The notes below the pieces were generated by a model. It worked only from the letters and a program-made list of their open reading frames with translations, did not search any database and had not been told where the DNA came from. A stretch of DNA of 64,000 nucleotides from Candidatus Poribacteria bacterium (GTDB lineage Bacteria; Poribacteria; WGA-4E; WGA-3G). Made by a program: the position numbers and the translations under genes. Location of the stretch: contig PYIY01000200.1 in the NCBI GenBank assembly GCA_003635195.1, forward strand, positions 3,855 through 67,854, in the 5' to 3' direction. Numbering within the stretch: position 1 is the first letter of the stretch; every line of letters begins with the position of its first letter. Below are positions 62,113-64,000 of the stretch, one piece after another.

Positions 62113-64000
62113 ATGAAATATTTACAAAAATTAATACCGCTTTGGAAATCTGGGCGCGCTTTCCTTCCGTGGGTGCTCTTGGGTGTTATTCTGCTTGTTG
62201 CTTTCTGGATTCGCATTCAGGGTGTTCCTAACATTCCGGAAGGGCAATTTACTGGAAATGATCCCTATCTCTACTATTGGCAAGCACAAATCGTGTCTGA
62301 ACAAGGCAAGCTGCCGGCGCGGGATATGCACCGCTGGTACCCCGTTGGCAGAGACTATGGACAAAGTCTTAATGCGTATGCTTATGGCATCGCTTACACG
62401 CATAAAGCAACAACAGTTCTCTTTCCCAATGTTTCACTCTATCAAGTTTCGTTGTTTTTTCCTGTTGTCTGTTTTGTGTTAGGGTTAGGTATGCTTTACC
62501 TTTTTCTGTACCGGACCTTTGGATTACTTTTTTCGAGCATCGTTGGTGTACTTTTAGCGACCCTTCCGGGTGTGGTTGAACGCAGTGCTGCGGGTTTCAG
62601 CGATAGGGACAGTTGGTGCCTAATGTTAGGCATCTTCGCGATTGTAACCTATCTTGCGTCCCTACAGACGCAGTCGCCTCGCTCGCGTCTGTTCTTAACA
62701 ATTACTTCAGGACTCTCTGTTTTCCTCGGTGGTATCAGTTGGGAAGGTTTCGGTGTGTTCCTTAGTGTCATCCTTGTGGTGGAACTTTGGAAATTTCTTA
62801 CCTCTGAAGAAGATGAGGGGCTAGGACTCTATTCCCTCTGGGTATGTATTTTCGTGCCGACGCTTTACTTGGCATCGCCTGCCTATCGAAGTGGAGAGGG
62901 CTTCACAACGCACCTATTTGCCTTTGTGCTGATACCACCACTTGTTCTATTTGGGATGCGTGTACTCCGACACGTCCTAATCACAAAATCGCCGTTTGCG
63001 AACAAATTTCGTCCACACGCCAGAAATCTATCTCTTGGATTCGTGCTTACGAGTTTTGCCCTTGCGGTTGGGTACGTTTGGATGCAATTTGACACTTTCG
63101 CTGGTACCACCGTCCCGTTAAGCCAAAACGCACTGATGCGAACCGTGGGAGAACTCAACACGCCGGATTACAGATATTGGGTATTCCGATACGGTAGTCT
63201 CTTCTTCTTAGGGAGTTTGGGCTTTATCGGCGCAGGCATTGATCTCTGGAAGAATCGAGGCACAGTGTTAGCAGTGTTTATATTTTTCTTTATGCTCAGC
63301 ACCTTTTTTCATGCAAGACTTGAGACGCTTTTAGGTGTGTCCGGAGGCAACATTCTCTTTTTTACATCAATTGAAGGCATCACCCTTGTGCTCCTCTTCA
63401 TCGCATGGCGACAGCGGAAATTATCAAAACAGGAACTCACTTATGTTGGGATGATCGCTTGGTTTCTCGTGTGGGTGGCACTCTCCCGTGATGCGAAACG
63501 GTATGACTTTTTTATTGGACTTCCGATTGCATTCTTTACTGCTGACTTGATACGCCGCGTTGTCACCTATATGACTGCAAACCTCAAAAACGCCCAATTC
63601 TTGAGTACGGACTTCAAAGAACGGCTGCCGTTGCGTGTTATAAGAGTCTGCCTCGCTGTTGTTATCGTCACTGTGCTTATGTATTGGACACCTGCAGGAG
63701 AACATGCCAAACGCGCAACTTTTGCGGCAACGGAGATGCGCCGAGCCAAGCCCGGGAACACCCCGGTTGCAAAGGCGTTTGAATGGATGAAAGTTGAACT
63801 CTCAGACACCGCTATCGTCGCTGCGGAATGGGGGTTTGGCAGTCAACTTAACGTCCTTGGTGGTGTCAAGACGGTCATTGATCAGGATCACTACGTCCAA
63901 CACTGGATTCACCTCTTTAACAAACATGTCCGCGATGCGACGGATGCGCGAATAGCGTTAGAATTCCTGAAAACCCACGAGGCAACACATCTGATGCTAA
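62113..64000 (+). CDS. STT3/PglB/AglB-like GT-C membrane glycosyltransferase (3' end beyond window)
   Basis: Open at the window edge, so absent from the ORF track. My translation has no stops over 629 codons and ~13 TM helices. The first loop FTGNDPYLYYWQ resembles the DP(Y/W)xxY(R/W) motif of STT3 proteins. AAEWGFGSQLNVLGGVKTVIDQDHY aligns to PglB [23 protein letters not shown]. Confidence 0.55.
   Translation, partial: MKYLQKLIPLWKSGRAFLPWVLLGVILLVAFWIRIQGVPNIPEGQFTGNDPYLYYWQAQIVSEQGKLPARDMHRWYPVGRDYGQSLNAYAYGIAYTHKATTVLFPNVSLYQVSLFFPVVCFVLGLGMLYLFLYRTFGLLFSSIVGVLLATLPGVVERSAAGFSDRDSWCLMLGIFAIVTYLASLQTQSPRSRLFLTITSGLSVFLGGISWEGFGVFLSVILVVELWKFLTSEEDEGLGLYSLWVCIFVPTLYLASPAYRSGEGFTTHLFAFVLIPPLVLFGMRVLRHVLITKSPFANKFRPHARNLSLGFVLTSFALAVGYVWMQFDTFAGTTVPLSQNALMRTVGELNTPDYRYWVFRYGSLFFLGSLGFIGAGIDLWKNRGTVLAVFIFFFMLSTFFHARLETLLGVSGGNILFFTSIEGITLVLLFIAWRQRKLSKQELTYVGMIAWFLVWVALSRDAKRYDFFIGLPIAFFTADLIRRVVTYMTANLKNAQFLSTDFKERLPLRVIRVCLAVVIVTVLMYWTPAGEHAKRATFAATEMRRAKPGNTPVAKAFEWMKVELSDTAIVAAEWGFGSQLNVLGGVKTVIDQDHYVQHWIHLFNKHVRDATDARIALEFLKTHEATHLML

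Overview
64-kb chromosomal segment from an unidentified, probably uncultivated, bacterium. All calls come from reading the sequence and ORF translations by eye; no database or HMM search was run. About 50 genes are dense and mostly operon-like. Several near-consensus sigma70 promoters (TTGACA-N17-TAnAAT) are visible. Housekeeping anchors: miaA, mnmA, secD, secF, apt, tRNA-Arg(CCT). Accessory content: a tandemly duplicated 7TM-receptor/PP2C phosphatase, two paralogous HEAT-repeat lipoproteins, an M14 peptidase, a Uma2 nuclease, a GH32-like protein, a 1040-aa Big/cadherin/LTD adhesin, a polyol/sugar dehydrogenase-epimerase cluster, and an intact IS3-family element with a 3-bp target duplication. 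Observations most worth follow-up: (1) A family of intergenic hairpin elements whose arms are degenerate 7-nt tandem repeats around a TTAAGAGG core. Copies fill the spacers secF/next gene, secD/secF and ADH/ADH, and one clear copy sits in frame inside a 2216-aa SprA-like gene. (2) A translationally coupled DUF488-DUF488-RecQ operon in which the RecQ carries an unassigned ~235-aa N-terminal module and two HRDC domains. (3) A tight operon next to the IS: Cys-rich secreted peptide, beta-repeat protein, orphan FtsX/MacB-type permease, His/Met-rich outer-membrane barrel, and an STT3/PglB-like glycosyltransferase with a degenerate WWD motif. (4) An ECF sigma factor with a ~375-aa C-terminal extension, start/stop-coupled to a pair of ABC exporters. 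(5) A sensor-less sigma54 activator with a 170-aa insert and a near-perfect sigma54 promoter motif inside its own coding sequence. (6) Gly/Tyr/Ser low-complexity inserts in the SprA-like giant protein. No CRISPR array or rRNA was seen.
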